A DNA stretch of 64,000 nt from an uncultured Pelagibacteraceae bacterium (GCA_902580115.1 CACHJN010000004.1:31045-95044), one strand, 5' to 3'. Counted from the stretch's first letter, positions 41,384 through 52,092 are shown. Notes: generated by a model not told the origin, from the letters alone. Made by a program: numbers and translations.

Positions 41384-43480
41384 TTAATCTTTATTTTGCC
41401 TATTTTCTACTAAAGATTCTACTACGGATGGGTCTGCAAGGGTAGTCGTATCACCTAATTCGTTATATTCATTAGCGGCGATCTTTCTTAAAATTCTTCT
41501 CATTATTTTACCTGATCTTGTTTTTGGCAAGCCAGGCGCAAATTGGATTAAATCTGGAGTAGCTATAGGTCCAATTTGTTTTCTCACCCAAAGTTTAAGT
41601 TCTCTTTCTAGGTCACCATCAGGTTGTTCACCAGCATTTAAAGTGACATAACAATACAAACCATTTCCTTTAATATCATGAGGGTAACCTACAACTGCAG
41701 CTTCCGCTACTTTAGGGTGAGCTACAAAGGCGCTTTCTATTTCAGCCGTCCCTAAATTATGACCGGAAACTATTATGACATCATCAACTCTTCCAGTTAT
41801 CCAATAATAACCGTCTTTATCTCTTCTGCAGCCGTCTCCAGTAAAATATTTACCATCAAATTGAGAAAAATATGTGTCTATGAATCTTTTATGATCACCG
41901 TAAACTGTTCGCATTTGCCCTGGCCATGAAGCAGACATACACAATCTTCCTTTACATGCTCCTTTAAGAACCTTACCAGCCTCATCTACGATTACCGGTT
42001 TAATTCCATAAAATGGTTTCGTCGCTGATCCTGGTTTAAGGTCAATCGCACCGGGTTGAGGAGCAATCAAAATTCCTCCTGTCTCAGTTTGCCACCAAGT
42101 GTCGACAATTGGACAACGTCCATCGCCTACTGTTTTGTAGTACCACATCCAAGCTTCTGGATTGATAGGTTCCCCAACTGTACCAAGTAATTTTAATGAT
42201 TTTCTGCTAGTCTTTTTCACTGGTTGATCACCTTCTCTCATTAAAGCTCTGATGGCTGTCGGAGCTGTATAAAAAATGTTTACTTTGTATTTGTCCACGA
42301 TTTGCCACCACCTTGAGCTGTCCGGATAATTTGGAACACCCTCAAACATAATTGTTGTAGCTCCATTAGATAAAGGTCCATAAATTATATAACTATGTCC
42401 AGTTACCCAACCTATATCAGCTGTACACCAATAAATATCTTTAGGTTTATAATCAAATATGTATTGGTGGGTCATTGATGCATAAACTAAATAACCACCA
42501 GATGTATGAAGCACACCTTTAGGTTTTCCTGTAGAACCTGATGTATACAATATGAACAAAGGATCTTCAGCGCTCATTTCTTCAGGATCACATTTAGCTG
42601 ATGCTTTTTTTATTAGCTCTTCATAAGAAACATCTCGTTCATCATCCCAACTCACCTGATTTCCGGTCCTTTTAACTACTATACATTTTTTTACATTAGG
42701 ACACTGAGATAAAGCTTCATCAGCTATTTTTTTAAGAGGAATTATTTTTCCTCCTCTTACACCTTCATCCGCAGTAATTAAATAATCAGACTCGCAATCA
42801 TTAATCCTTGTTGCGATTGAGTCTGGTGAGAAACCACCAAAAATTATTGAATGAACTGCCCCTATTCTTGCGCATGCAAGCATTGTATATGCAAGCTCAG
42901 GTATCATTGTTAAATAAATAGTTACTCTGTCACCCTTTTGTATTCCAATACTTTTAAGAGCATTTGCAGCCTTGCTAACATTTTTATGTAATTCTTTATA
43001 AGTAATTTTTTTCGTATCTGCAGGATCATCTCCTACCCAAATTATTGCAGTTTTTTTACCATTCTTTTTTAAATGCCTGTCAATGCAATTTGCTGAAACG
43101 TTTAAAGTGCCATCGTAAAACCATTTAATCTTTACTTCATCTTTGCTATATTTCACATCCTTAATTTTAGTGTATGGTTTAATCCAGGTAATTCTTTTTC
43201 CTTCTTTTTTCCAAAATTTTTCATTTTCCTTTACCGATAAATTATATTTTTTTTTGTATTTAGAACTATTTATTAAAGCTTGATTAGACCAAGCTTCTGA
43301 AACTTTTATAACTGAATTTCCCTCTTCATCTTTTACAATAATACTTTTTTTAGATCTTCCACCTCTAGACTTTGAAGACTTAATTTTTCTTACTTTTTTT
43401 TTAAGTCTTTTTGTTCTTCTAGATTTTTTTTTCGATCTAGTTTTTTTCCGTTTATTCTTTTTTTTTGATCTTCTAGCCAC
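41384..43480 (-). CDS. acs: Acetate--CoA ligase with a basic N-terminal extension
   Basis: [37 protein letters not shown]. Confidence 0.97.
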   Translation of the reverse strand: MARRSKKKNKRKKTRSKKKSRRTKRLKKKVRKIKSSKSRGGRSKKSIIVKDEEGNSVIKVSEAWSNQALINSSKYKKKYNLSVKENEKFWKKEGKRITWIKPYTKIKDVKYSKDEVKIKWFYDGTLNVSANCIDRHLKKNGKKTAIIWVGDDPADTKKITYKELHKNVSKAANALKSIGIQKGDRVTIYLTMIPELAYTMLACARIGAVHSIIFGGFSPDSIATRINDCESDYLITADEGVRGGKIIPLKKIADEALSQCPNVKKCIVVKRTGNQVSWDDERDVSYEELIKKASAKCDPEEMSAEDPLFILYTSGSTGKPKGVLHTSGGYLVYASMTHQYIFDYKPKDIYWCTADIGWVTGHSYIIYGPLSNGATTIMFEGVPNYPDSSRWWQIVDKYKVNIFYTAPTAIRALMREGDQPVKKTSRKSLKLLGTVGEPINPEAWMWYYKTVGDGRCPIVDTWWQTETGGILIAPQPGAIDLKPGSATKPFYGIKPVIVDEAGKVLKGACKGRLCMSASWPGQMRTVYGDHKRFIDTYFSQFDGKYFTGDGCRRDKDGYYWITGRVDDVIIVSGHNLGTAEIESAFVAHPKVAEAAVVGYPHDIKGNGLYCYVTLNAGEQPDGDLERELKLWVRKQIGPIATPDLIQFAPGLPKTRSGKIMRRILRKIAANEYNELGDTTTLADPSVVESLVENRQNKD

Positions 43481-43503
43481 GATAAACCTTTTTTATTTTT
43501 TTC

Positions 43504-43920
43504 TCAGATTTTACCCATCTTACAAATTATTTTCCAGCTTTTAAAATCAATAGGCATTACTGATAATCTGCTTTGTTTTATTAAAGGTAAATGCGAAATT
43601 TGCTTTGTTTTTTTTATATTTTCCAATGAAACTGGAGTTTTTAACTTTTTTTTAAACCTAACCTGAACAGCAACAAATTTTTTTTTCTTATCAGTTTTAT
43701 CAATAAAAGCTTTTTTAATGACCGACACTACTCCTACAATTTCCTTCCCTTCGTTTGAATGATAGAAAAAACATTCATCTCCAATTTTCATTTTTTTTAA
43801 ATTATTTGCAGCTTGATAATTTCTAACACCATCCCAAGTAGCTCCTTTATGACCAGCTTTTTTTTGTTGATCAATAGACCAAACATATGGCTCAGATTTT
43901 ATTAACCAGTAATTTTTCAA
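43504..43920 (-). CDS. EVE domain protein
   Basis: YWLIKSEP, WDGVRNYQA, FFYHS, RLSVMP. Confidence 0.95.
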   Translation of the reverse strand: MKNYWLIKSEPYVWSIDQQKKAGHKGATWDGVRNYQAANNLKKMKIGDECFFYHSNEGKEIVGVVSVIKKAFIDKTDKKKKFVAVQVRFKKKLKTPVSLENIKKTKQISHLPLIKQSRLSVMPIDFKSWKIICKMGKI

Positions 43921-44993
43921 AGTTTTAGTCCTGGCCCTTTCATATAAGGAGCAAATTTATCCAGTGGCCATCTTGATTTTGGCTCTACATTTAAGTTGTC
44001 TACTAATTTTTTTTTATATCTTTGTATTCCTGCCCAAGCGATCATTGCCGCATTATCCCCGCAAAACTTAAGATCAGAAAAAATTGGCTCAAAATTATTT
44101 TTTTTTGACAGTTGTTCCAAACTTCTTCGAATGCTTTGGTTAGCAGCAACACCTCCAGCAACTACAAATACATTTTTTTCTTTTTTAGAAAATCTTTTAA
44201 ATTCTTCAAATGCAACTTCAGTTTTTTTTTTAAGAATCTTAATTATAGTTTCTTGAAACGAGGCTGCTAAATTTAATTTAAGTTTTTTATCATTTTTAAT
44301 TTTCTTTGACTGGAGTAAAACTGCTGTTTTTAATCCTGCAAAAGATAAATTACATCCCGCTTTATTTATTATCGGCTCCGGTAATTTATAAAAATTTTTA
44401 TCTCCTTGTTTTGCAAATTTTTCAACAGCAGGACCGCCGGGATATCCAAGATTTAACATCTTTGCTGTTTTATCAAAAGCTTCACCCAAAGCATCGTCTA
44501 TTGTGGTACCTATTTGTTTATACTCGTTTACATTTTTAACAATTAAGTATTGAGAATGACCTCCAGAAATTAATAGCAACAAATAAGGAAATTTAATTTT
44601 ATTACTTAAAGCTGGGCTAAGAGCATGTCCCTCTAGATGATTAACAGCCACAAATGGTTTTTCACTAAATCCTGCTATTGCCTTACCAATATTTAATCCG
44701 ACCGTTAAACAGACAATTAGACCTGGTCCAGCTGTAGCGGCAACACCATCAATTAGCTCAAAATTTATTTTAGCGTCTTTAAGAGCTTTTGAAATTATAA
44801 AGTCAATATTTTCAACATGAGATCTGGCTGCCAGTTCTGGGACTATACCTCCAAATTTTTCATGCTCCTTTATTTGACTCGAGACAACAGATGACAAAAC
44901 TTTTGCAGTACCATCTAAATTTTCTTGAACTATTGAGGCCGCTGTTTCGTCACAGCTAGTTTCAATACCTAAAAAAATTAGTTTTTTTCCCAT
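43917..44993 (-). CDS. tsaD: tRNA t6A37 threonylcarbamoyltransferase
   Basis: GIETSCDET, VPELAARSH, NHLEGH, SGGH, GEAFDK, DNAAMIA. Confidence 0.98.
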   Translation of the reverse strand: MGKKLIFLGIETSCDETAASIVQENLDGTAKVLSSVVSSQIKEHEKFGGIVPELAARSHVENIDFIISKALKDAKINFELIDGVAATAGPGLIVCLTVGLNIGKAIAGFSEKPFVAVNHLEGHALSPALSNKIKFPYLLLLISGGHSQYLIVKNVNEYKQIGTTIDDALGEAFDKTAKMLNLGYPGGPAVEKFAKQGDKNFYKLPEPIINKAGCNLSFAGLKTAVLLQSKKIKNDKKLKLNLAASFQETIIKILKKKTEVAFEEFKRFSKKEKNVFVVAGGVAANQSIRRSLEQLSKKNNFEPIFSDLKFCGDNAAMIAWAGIQRYKKKLVDNLNVEPKSRWPLDKFAPYMKGPGLKL

Positions 44994-45031
44994 AAGATTA
45001 GATATTATAAAATAAACTTTAAAATACTTAA

Positions 45032-45946
45032 ATGGATAAAAAAATTATAATTGGTGCACGCGGCAGTAAACTTTCAGTTTCTTACGCTGAAACAGTAAAA
45101 AAGTTGTTTTCTTCAGTGTCAGATCAAAAAATGGAAATTGATATTCAAACCATCAAAACTTCTGGAGATATATTTCATGATAAAAAGATTTCCGATATCG
45201 GAGGTAAAAATATCTTTTGTAAAGAAATCGAAAGACAATTATCTGAAAAAAAAATTGATATTGCGGTACATTCATTAAAAGACATGGATTCTTTTGAGGA
45301 AAACGATTTAATTATAGGTGCATATTTGAAAAGAAACGATCCAAGAGATGTTATAGTTCTTAAAAAAGATAAATCACTTAATAGTGATAAGCTTACAATT
45401 GGTTCAAGTTCAAAAAGAAGAGAACTTCAATTCAAATTACACTTCAAAAATATAACCTGCAAAAATATAAGAGGAAATATTGATAGTAGAATCTCGAGAG
45501 TAAAAAAAGGTGAATATGATGGTATTATTCTAGCCTTAGCTGGTATTAAAACATTAAATCTTGAGGAAGAGATTAAAGAAATATTTTCAGAGAAAAAAAT
45601 CATTCCCTCTGCTGGTCAGGGAGTGATAGCCGTTCAATGTAGAAAAGATGACTTTGAAAATCTAAAAATTTTGGAAAAAATGAATGATGAAAATACAAAA
45701 ATTTGTGCACTAACAGAAAGAAGTTTATTAAAGACTATTGGAGGAGATTGCCACACAGCAGTGGGAGCTTATGCAAAAATAGATAAAGACAATATTACTA
45801 TAATATCACAATTGTTTTCAGATGATGGCCTTAAATCATTTTCGGTACAAAAAAGTGGAGATAAAAAATTTCCAGCACAACTTGGAATTTCTGCCGGTAA
45901 AGATTTATTAAAACAATCTGAAGGCAAATATAAAAAAAAAAGATGA
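45032..45946 (+). CDS. hemC: Hydroxymethylbilane synthase
   Basis: RGSKL, TSGD, AVHSLKD, GSSSKRR, IRGNI..R, GGDC. Confidence 0.95.
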   Translation: MDKKIIIGARGSKLSVSYAETVKKLFSSVSDQKMEIDIQTIKTSGDIFHDKKISDIGGKNIFCKEIERQLSEKKIDIAVHSLKDMDSFEENDLIIGAYLKRNDPRDVIVLKKDKSLNSDKLTIGSSSKRRELQFKLHFKNITCKNIRGNIDSRISRVKKGEYDGIILALAGIKTLNLEEEIKEIFSEKKIIPSAGQGVIAVQCRKDDFENLKILEKMNDENTKICALTERSLLKTIGGDCHTAVGAYAKIDKDNITIISQLFSDDGLKSFSVQKSGDKKFPAQLGISAGKDLLKQSEGKYKKKR

Positions 45947-46647
45947 ATATAATTTTAACAAGACCTTTGAATGATACTGAAAATTTGATGCAAGAACTTT
46001 TTAGTTTAGGACATAAAATTATGCATATACCAACTTTAAAAATTAAAAATGCAAATTTAGAAAAAATCAACTTAGAAGATTATAATGCGTTAGTTTTTAC
46101 AAGCTCAAATGCTGTGAGAAATCTTAATGTTAATGGAGAGAAAAAAAATATAAAATGTTTTTGTGTAGGTTCAGTTACTGAAAAAATTGCGAGACTAAGT
46201 GGATTTTCAAAAACAATATCAGCAAGCGGTAATGTTAACGCTTTAAAAAATTTAATTATTAATTCTAAAGAGCTCAAGAAAAATGACAAATTAGCCTATA
46301 TTTGTGGGGATCAAATAACTTTAGAGCTAGATAAGGAACTTGGAAGAGAGGGGTTTAAAGTAAAAAAAATCATTAATTATTTTTCAGAGAAAATAACCTC
46401 TTTAAATGATGCTAATATTGATTTAATCAAAAAATATCCACCCAACGTAATATTTGTTTATTCTTTAAGAAGCGCAGAGAGTTTTAATAGTATTGTCACT
46501 AATTATTCTTTAGCTCCAATGATGACACAATCAGTTGTTATGTGTATAAGTAAAAAAATTGTAGATTTTTTTAATAAAGCTGGGTGGAAAAATAACAAAA
46601 TTTTTAATCCTGGAAATGAAATTATAGAACTTGAAAAAATAAAATGA
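45943..46647 (+). CDS. hemD: Uroporphyrinogen-III synthase
   Basis: ILTRP, FTSSNAV, CVG..T, YS.RSA; follows hemC. Confidence 0.9.
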   Translation: MNIILTRPLNDTENLMQELFSLGHKIMHIPTLKIKNANLEKINLEDYNALVFTSSNAVRNLNVNGEKKNIKCFCVGSVTEKIARLSGFSKTISASGNVNALKNLIINSKELKKNDKLAYICGDQITLELDKELGREGFKVKKIINYFSEKITSLNDANIDLIKKYPPNVIFVYSLRSAESFNSIVTNYSLAPMMTQSVVMCISKKIVDFFNKAGWKNNKIFNPGNEIIELEKIK

Positions 46648-47735
46648 ATGTACTGGAAAACTTTAAAGACTTATTTATTGAAATCTGGCAGCAAGGAATA
46701 GCTGGAATTAATTTTACACAGATAGGAATAGGCATAGTAATTTTTTTATTGTTCCTTTTATTAAGAGGTTTAATTTCAAATTTCATTTTAAAAAGACTGC
46801 AAAACTATGTCGACAAAACGTCTAACAAGTTTGATGATGCTTTAGTTAAAGCTTCTACCGGGCCAATTAAATTTCTTCCGATTGTTTTAGGAATTTTCGT
46901 TGCAAGTTCTTATATGGAATTTGATGGAAAAATGTTAGTTTTTGTAGACAACATCAATCGTTCTCTAATAACAATTTTAATATTTTGGCTTATTCACCAA
47001 ATTGTTGAACCACTGACTTATTTAATTCGAAGGGTAGAGGAACTGTTATCTAAAGATTTGTTAAATTGGGTTGTAAAAGCAAATAAAATTTTAATTATTT
47101 TTTTTGGTTTTGCAGCAACATTGGATATTTGGGGCATAAAAATTGCACCCATAATTGCTGGATTAGGTTTATTTGGTGTTGCAGTCGCTTTAGGCGCCCA
47201 AGATTTATTTAAAAATTTAATTTCAGGAGTTTTAGTTTTAGTAGAAAAAAGATTTAAAATTGGTGATTGGATTTATGTTGAAGGAATTACAGAGGGTATT
47301 GTTGAGAGAATTGGCTTCAGATCAACGGTTATAAGAAAATTTGATAAATCAATCGCAACAATCCCCAATTCATCTTTCGCTGAAAATGCAGTGGTTAATA
47401 TTAGCGAGACTACTAATTGGAGGATAAGTTGGATAATTACACTCCAATACAACTCTACAATAGATCAATTAAAAAATATAAGAGATCAAATTGAGAAATA
47501 TATTGAGAATAATAAAGATTTTAAGATTGGAGATGACACTGAACACGCAGTTAGGATTGATAAATTTTCCGATAGCTCAATAGACCTCTATGTAAGATGT
47601 TTTACAAAAACTAATGAATGGGGCGAATGGCTCAAAGTAAAAGAAAGATTAGCTGTGGAAGTTAAAAAAATTGTAGAGAGCAATGGAGCATCCTTTGCAT
47701 TTCCAAGTACATCAATTTATGTGGAGAAAAACTGA
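46644..47735 (+). CDS. mscS: Small-conductance mechanosensitive channel family protein
   Basis: GLGLFGVAVALGAQD...N, F.IGDWI, G.VE.IGFRST, IPN, FAFP. Confidence 0.92.
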   Translation: MNVLENFKDLFIEIWQQGIAGINFTQIGIGIVIFLLFLLLRGLISNFILKRLQNYVDKTSNKFDDALVKASTGPIKFLPIVLGIFVASSYMEFDGKMLVFVDNINRSLITILIFWLIHQIVEPLTYLIRRVEELLSKDLLNWVVKANKILIIFFGFAATLDIWGIKIAPIIAGLGLFGVAVALGAQDLFKNLISGVLVLVEKRFKIGDWIYVEGITEGIVERIGFRSTVIRKFDKSIATIPNSSFAENAVVNISETTNWRISWIITLQYNSTIDQLKNIRDQIEKYIENNKDFKIGDDTEHAVRIDKFSDSSIDLYVRCFTKTNEWGEWLKVKERLAVEVKKIVESNGASFAFPSTSIYVEKN

Positions 47736-48025
47736 TGAAGTCCGCATTAATTTTGTTTGATAATATTGTTACACTTTATATTTGGATTTTAATAATTAAT
47801 GCTGTTTTAAGTTGGTTAGTCGCATTTAATATACTTAATACGGGCAATAGATTTGTTTATGCAATCCTTGATGTATCATATAGACTAACTGCACCGCCTT
47901 TAAATTTTATTAGAAGATATATGCCAAATTTAGGATCGATAGATATTTCACCCGTAGTATTAATATTAGCATTGATGTTTTTTAGAAACCTAGTTTTTGA
48001 ATATTTAGCACCTAGTTTATTTTAA
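47735..48025 (+). CDS. yggT: YggT family membrane protein
   Basis: LSWL, LT.P.L..IRR..P..G.IDISP. Confidence 0.93.
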   Translation: MKSALILFDNIVTLYIWILIINAVLSWLVAFNILNTGNRFVYAILDVSYRLTAPPLNFIRRYMPNLGSIDISPVVLILALMFFRNLVFEYLAPSLF

Positions 48026-48027
48026 AT

Positions 48028-48864
48028 ATGATTATAGATGGCAAATTACATTCTGAAAAATTAAGAAAAAAAATCAAAGATGAATTAACAAAAATATGCC
48101 AAAATACAAAAGATGTTCCCAAGCTGAGCGTGATATTAATAGGTGATTATTTACCAAGTCAGATATATGTAAAAAATAAACAAAAGAAGGCTATAGAGGT
48201 GGGTATAAAATCTGAAGTTATAAAGTATCCTGAAACAGTTTCAGAAAAAGATGTATTGGATAAGATAAAATCTCTTAACAATGATAAAGAGGTTACTGGT
48301 ATATTGGTTCAGTTACCATTACCAAAACAAATTAGTCAGAAAAAAATAATAAATTCAATTGATCCTAAAAAAGATGTTGATGGTTTTAACCCTTTAAATG
48401 TTGGAAATTTAGCTTCGGGCTATGATGCCATCGTGCCGTGTACACCATTAGGGTGTCTTAAACTTATAAAATCTGTTCAAGAAGATCTAAAAGGTTTGCA
48501 CGCTGCAATAATTGGTAGATCTAATTTAAATGGAAAACCGATGGCTCAACTTTTATTAAAAGAAAATTGCACAGTTACTATACTTCATTCTAAGTCTAGA
48601 GATATTAAAGAAGAATGTAAAAGAGCTGATATTTTAGTTGCTGCCGCAGGAATGGCGAATTTAGTAAAATCTGATTGGGTGAAAAAGAATTGCATTGTAA
48701 TAGATGTTGGAATTAATAAACTAGGAAGTCAAATTGTAGGTGATGTCAAATTTGATGAAGTAAAAAGTAAGGCAAAAGCAATAACACCAGTGCCTGGTGG
48801 AGTAGGACCCATGACAATAGCATGTTTACTCAGTAATACTTTAGAATGTTTTAAAGCTCGTTAG
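48028..48864 (+). CDS. folD: Methylenetetrahydrofolate dehydrogenase/cyclohydrolase
   Basis: GILVQLPLP, KDVDGF, PCTP, GRS..GKP, TPVPGGVGPMT. Confidence 0.97.
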   Translation: MIIDGKLHSEKLRKKIKDELTKICQNTKDVPKLSVILIGDYLPSQIYVKNKQKKAIEVGIKSEVIKYPETVSEKDVLDKIKSLNNDKEVTGILVQLPLPKQISQKKIINSIDPKKDVDGFNPLNVGNLASGYDAIVPCTPLGCLKLIKSVQEDLKGLHAAIIGRSNLNGKPMAQLLLKENCTVTILHSKSRDIKEECKRADILVAAAGMANLVKSDWVKKNCIVIDVGINKLGSQIVGDVKFDEVKSKAKAITPVPGGVGPMTIACLLSNTLECFKAR

Positions 48865-49237
48865 ATCTTGAAGAGTCAAGTTTTAATATTTTACTATTTC
48901 TAAATCTTATAATTACAGTTGCTGCTGCTACAATTAAAATTGCAAGAGATATATAAATTAAATTTGTTGGATCTTGGTCTTTGTCTTGAAGAATTATAAA
49001 TCGAGCCAAAGCAGTTATAGCGATGATCATAGGATACGTTATTCTAACCGATCTTGTTTCCCAATAAGATCTTACTAGTCCAATAACCTCAATATAGATA
49101 AACATAAGAAGCAGATCTGCTAAACTTATGTCCCTGTTCTGATACATTTCATGAATTTCAAGAAAGAAAGCAATAACTGTTGCGGCTAGGACGATTAATA
49201 CTGCTACTAACTGAATATTCCGAATCGTTGCATTCAT
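48851..49237 (-). CDS. psiE: Phosphate-starvation-inducible PsiE family membrane protein
   Basis: DLLLMFIYIE, P..IAITALAR. Confidence 0.85.
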   Translation of the reverse strand: MNATIRNIQLVAVLIVLAATVIAFFLEIHEMYQNRDISLADLLLMFIYIEVIGLVRSYWETRSVRITYPMIIAITALARFIILQDKDQDPTNLIYISLAILIVAAATVIIRFRNSKILKLDSSRSNEL

Positions 49238-49258
49238 ATCTATTCTTTTAACAAATTT

Positions 49259-50440
49259 TTATTGTTTATGTAATTGTTTTGAATGAAATTTAATGAATTT
49301 CTCAATTTTAGATTTTTTGAATGATTTGTTTTCTTCAAAAGAAACTTTTTTTAATGAATAAGCTTTGTTTTTTGATCTTCTTGATACAATAGTAATATTA
49401 CCCTTATAAATTTTAAGGATTACCTCCCCATTTACTTGATTTCTTTTTTTGTCAATTATTTTTTGAAGATTCAGTCTTTTTTTTGAAAACCAATAGCCAT
49501 TATAAACTAATTCAGCATACAATGGCATTATTCTTTCTTTAGCATGCATTGTAGTTTTATCTAAAGTCACAGACTCAATTGCTCTGTGCGCAAAATACAA
49601 TATAGTTCCACCAGGCGTTTCATAAACCCCTCTGGATTTTATACCAATAAATCTATTTTCCACAAGATCGACTCTACCAATGCCATTTGCTCCTCCAATT
49701 TTATTTAATTTTTCTAATAAAAATTCTGGTTTATATTTTTTTCCATTAATTGAGACAGGATCGCTATTTTTAAAACCTATTTTTATTTTAACGACTTTAT
49801 TTTTTGCTTTTTCTGGTGAAATAGTTTTTTGAAAAATAAATTCTGGAGGTGCGTTTCTTGGATTTTCTAGAACTTTGCCTTCAGTCGAAACATGAAATAA
49901 ATTATCATCAACTGAAAACGGGGGGGCCCCTTTTTTGTCTTTTGGAATTGGAATTTTATATTTTTTTGCATATTTAATTAAATCTGTTCTAGACTGTAGC
50001 TTCCATTCTCTCCAAGGCGCGATTACTTTTATTTTTTTACCAAAAAAAGAATATCCAAGTTCAAATCTAACTTGATCGTTTCCTTTTCCAGTAGCACCGT
50101 GCGAAACAGCAAAAGCTTTAAATTTTTTCGCAATTTCAATTTGTCTTTTTGCTATTAAAGGTCTAGCTATTGAGGTTCCAAGTAAATAAACACCCTCATA
50201 AACAGCATGAGCTCTTATCATTGGGAAAACATAATCTTTGACAAAAATATTTTTTAAATCCTCAATTATAATCTTTTTTACGCCCAGTCTTTTTGCATTT
50301 TGAATTATTTTCTTCTTATTTAAATCTTGACCTATATTTGAAGTATAAGCGATGACTTCAGCTTTATAATTTATTTGCAACCATTTAAGAATTATTGAGG
50401 TATCTAAACCCCCAGAGTAAGCTAAAACAATTTTTTTCAT
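49259..50440 (-). CDS. argG: Argininosuccinate synthase
   Basis: LAYSGGLDTS, GTSIARP, HGATGKGNDQVRFE, ENR..GIKSRGVYETP. Confidence 0.95.
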   Translation of the reverse strand: MKKIVLAYSGGLDTSIILKWLQINYKAEVIAYTSNIGQDLNKKKIIQNAKRLGVKKIIIEDLKNIFVKDYVFPMIRAHAVYEGVYLLGTSIARPLIAKRQIEIAKKFKAFAVSHGATGKGNDQVRFELGYSFFGKKIKVIAPWREWKLQSRTDLIKYAKKYKIPIPKDKKGAPPFSVDDNLFHVSTEGKVLENPRNAPPEFIFQKTISPEKAKNKVVKIKIGFKNSDPVSINGKKYKPEFLLEKLNKIGGANGIGRVDLVENRFIGIKSRGVYETPGGTILYFAHRAIESVTLDKTTMHAKERIMPLYAELVYNGYWFSKKRLNLQKIIDKKRNQVNGEVILKIYKGNITIVSRRSKNKAYSLKKVSFEENKSFKKSKIEKFIKFHSKQLHKQ

Positions 50441-50940
50441 TAACTACAAACTTTTTTGGCTGTGTTATATGCCTTGGTAAATCCCATCATAGAATAGTGG
50501 TCTGTTGTTTCAGCACCATCTTTTGTTTTACCTTTAATCATCAAATCTGTTGCTCTTTTCATTAACTTTATAAATTTTTTTTCCTCATTCTCATCAAGTA
50601 ACCAAGCAAAGTCTCCTTGTGAAAAAAAAGAAAAATTACTTTTCCCTGATTTTGCAGAAACAGTAGAGTTTTTATAAGTATGACCACTCGTAATACTTAT
50701 TTCGTCTTTAATATTTTCGTTTGGTCTAAATGTTACGAATATTCTAGAGTCTTTTCTCTTTATCGCTGCAGGAGCTCTTTTAACTGGCTTTGTTTGTGCA
50801 AAACAAACCTTTCCTTTGTCAGTCATCATCGTAAAACTTTCCCAGTTCTTATACTTACCAGAGGATTTAGGTGTATTGGCAAAACTATTTGAAGCTATAA
50901 AATAAAATAATAAAAAATATATTATAGTTTTTAATTTCAT
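50440..50940 (-). CDS. Invasion-associated locus B (IalB)-like periplasmic protein
   Basis: Signal peptide, W....KVC, AW, T.D.YS..GF..A...C. Confidence 0.8.
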   Translation of the reverse strand: MKLKTIIYFLLFYFIASNSFANTPKSSGKYKNWESFTMMTDKGKVCFAQTKPVKRAPAAIKRKDSRIFVTFRPNENIKDEISITSGHTYKNSTVSAKSGKSNFSFFSQGDFAWLLDENEEKKFIKLMKRATDLMIKGKTKDGAETTDHYSMMGFTKAYNTAKKVCS

Positions 50941-50984
50941 AAGTACTTTTTTATACTAAAAAAAATCTAATTCAATGGTTTGTA

Positions 50985-52022
50985 TTACGGTGCTGGATTT
51001 GGATTATTATTGTGAATTAAATTGATTTTATCAAGCGTATCTTGATTTAGTTTAATATCAATACTCCCAATATTTTCTTTTAATTGGTCCATAGATGTAG
51101 CTCCAATTATGTTACTTGTTACAAATGGCCTTGAATTGACAAAAGCCTGCGCTAGTTGGACCATAGTAATATCATTTTCCTTTGCTAGCTTGTAATACTC
51201 TTTATATGCCTTCATAGCTAAAGGATTAATCATTCTTTCCCATCCTTTAAATAAACTCATTCTTGCATTTTTTGGCATTTGGCCATCCATGTATTTTCCA
51301 GAAAGCGCACCTGCAGCCAAAGGGTAATAAACTAGCAAACCACATTTTTCTCTAATCGATATTTCTGACATACCAACTTCATATGTCCTATTTACCAGAC
51401 TATATGGATTTTGAACTGACATCATTCTTGGAAGATTTTTATTTTTTGATAATTCTAAATATTTTGATAGACCGTAAGGAGTTTCATTAGACATTCCAAT
51501 ATATCTAATTTTTCCACTTTTAATAAATTTATCTAACGCTTTTAAAATAGACTCAAAATCGTTCCAATCTCTTTCGTTTTCATTTACAGAAAATTCTCTT
51601 CTGCCAAAACAGTTTGTAGATCTTTCTGGCCAATGTAATTGATAAAGATCTATATAATCTGTTTTTAACCTTTTTAGACTGCCATCTATAGCTAAGCCTA
51701 TTTTTTTTTCGGAGAAGTTGTTTCCACCTCCTCTTATCCAGTCACAACCAGGTCCAGCGACTTTCGTAGCTAAAATTATTTTATCCCTATTTTTTCTTTT
51801 ATTAAACCAGTTTCCTATCATTAATTCAGTTTTTCCGTATGAATCTGGTGTGGGCGGTACTGAATAAAGTTCAGCTGTATCAAAAAAATTTACTCCATTT
51901 TCAAGCGAATAATCCATTTGTTCAAAAGCCTCTTTCTCAGTGTTTTGAGTACCCCAGGTCATTGTTCCTAGACAAATAAGGCTTACTTCTAGATCGGTAT
52001 TGCCTAATTTTTTGAATTTCAT
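50985..52022 (-). CDS. tas: NADP(H)-dependent aldo/keto reductase, Tas-like
   Basis: LGTMTWG.QN, DTAELY, DLYQLHWP.R, SNET, QNPYSL.NR. Confidence 0.92.
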   Translation of the reverse strand: MKFKKLGNTDLEVSLICLGTMTWGTQNTEKEAFEQMDYSLENGVNFFDTAELYSVPPTPDSYGKTELMIGNWFNKRKNRDKIILATKVAGPGCDWIRGGGNNFSEKKIGLAIDGSLKRLKTDYIDLYQLHWPERSTNCFGRREFSVNENERDWNDFESILKALDKFIKSGKIRYIGMSNETPYGLSKYLELSKNKNLPRMMSVQNPYSLVNRTYEVGMSEISIREKCGLLVYYPLAAGALSGKYMDGQMPKNARMSLFKGWERMINPLAMKAYKEYYKLAKENDITMVQLAQAFVNSRPFVTSNIIGATSMDQLKENIGSIDIKLNQDTLDKINLIHNNNPNPAP

Positions 52023-52092
52023 ATATTTGCAATGTTTTTTTAAAGGAAAATTTGCCTATTGAAAAGTCAATAAAATTTCTTATATTAAACTC

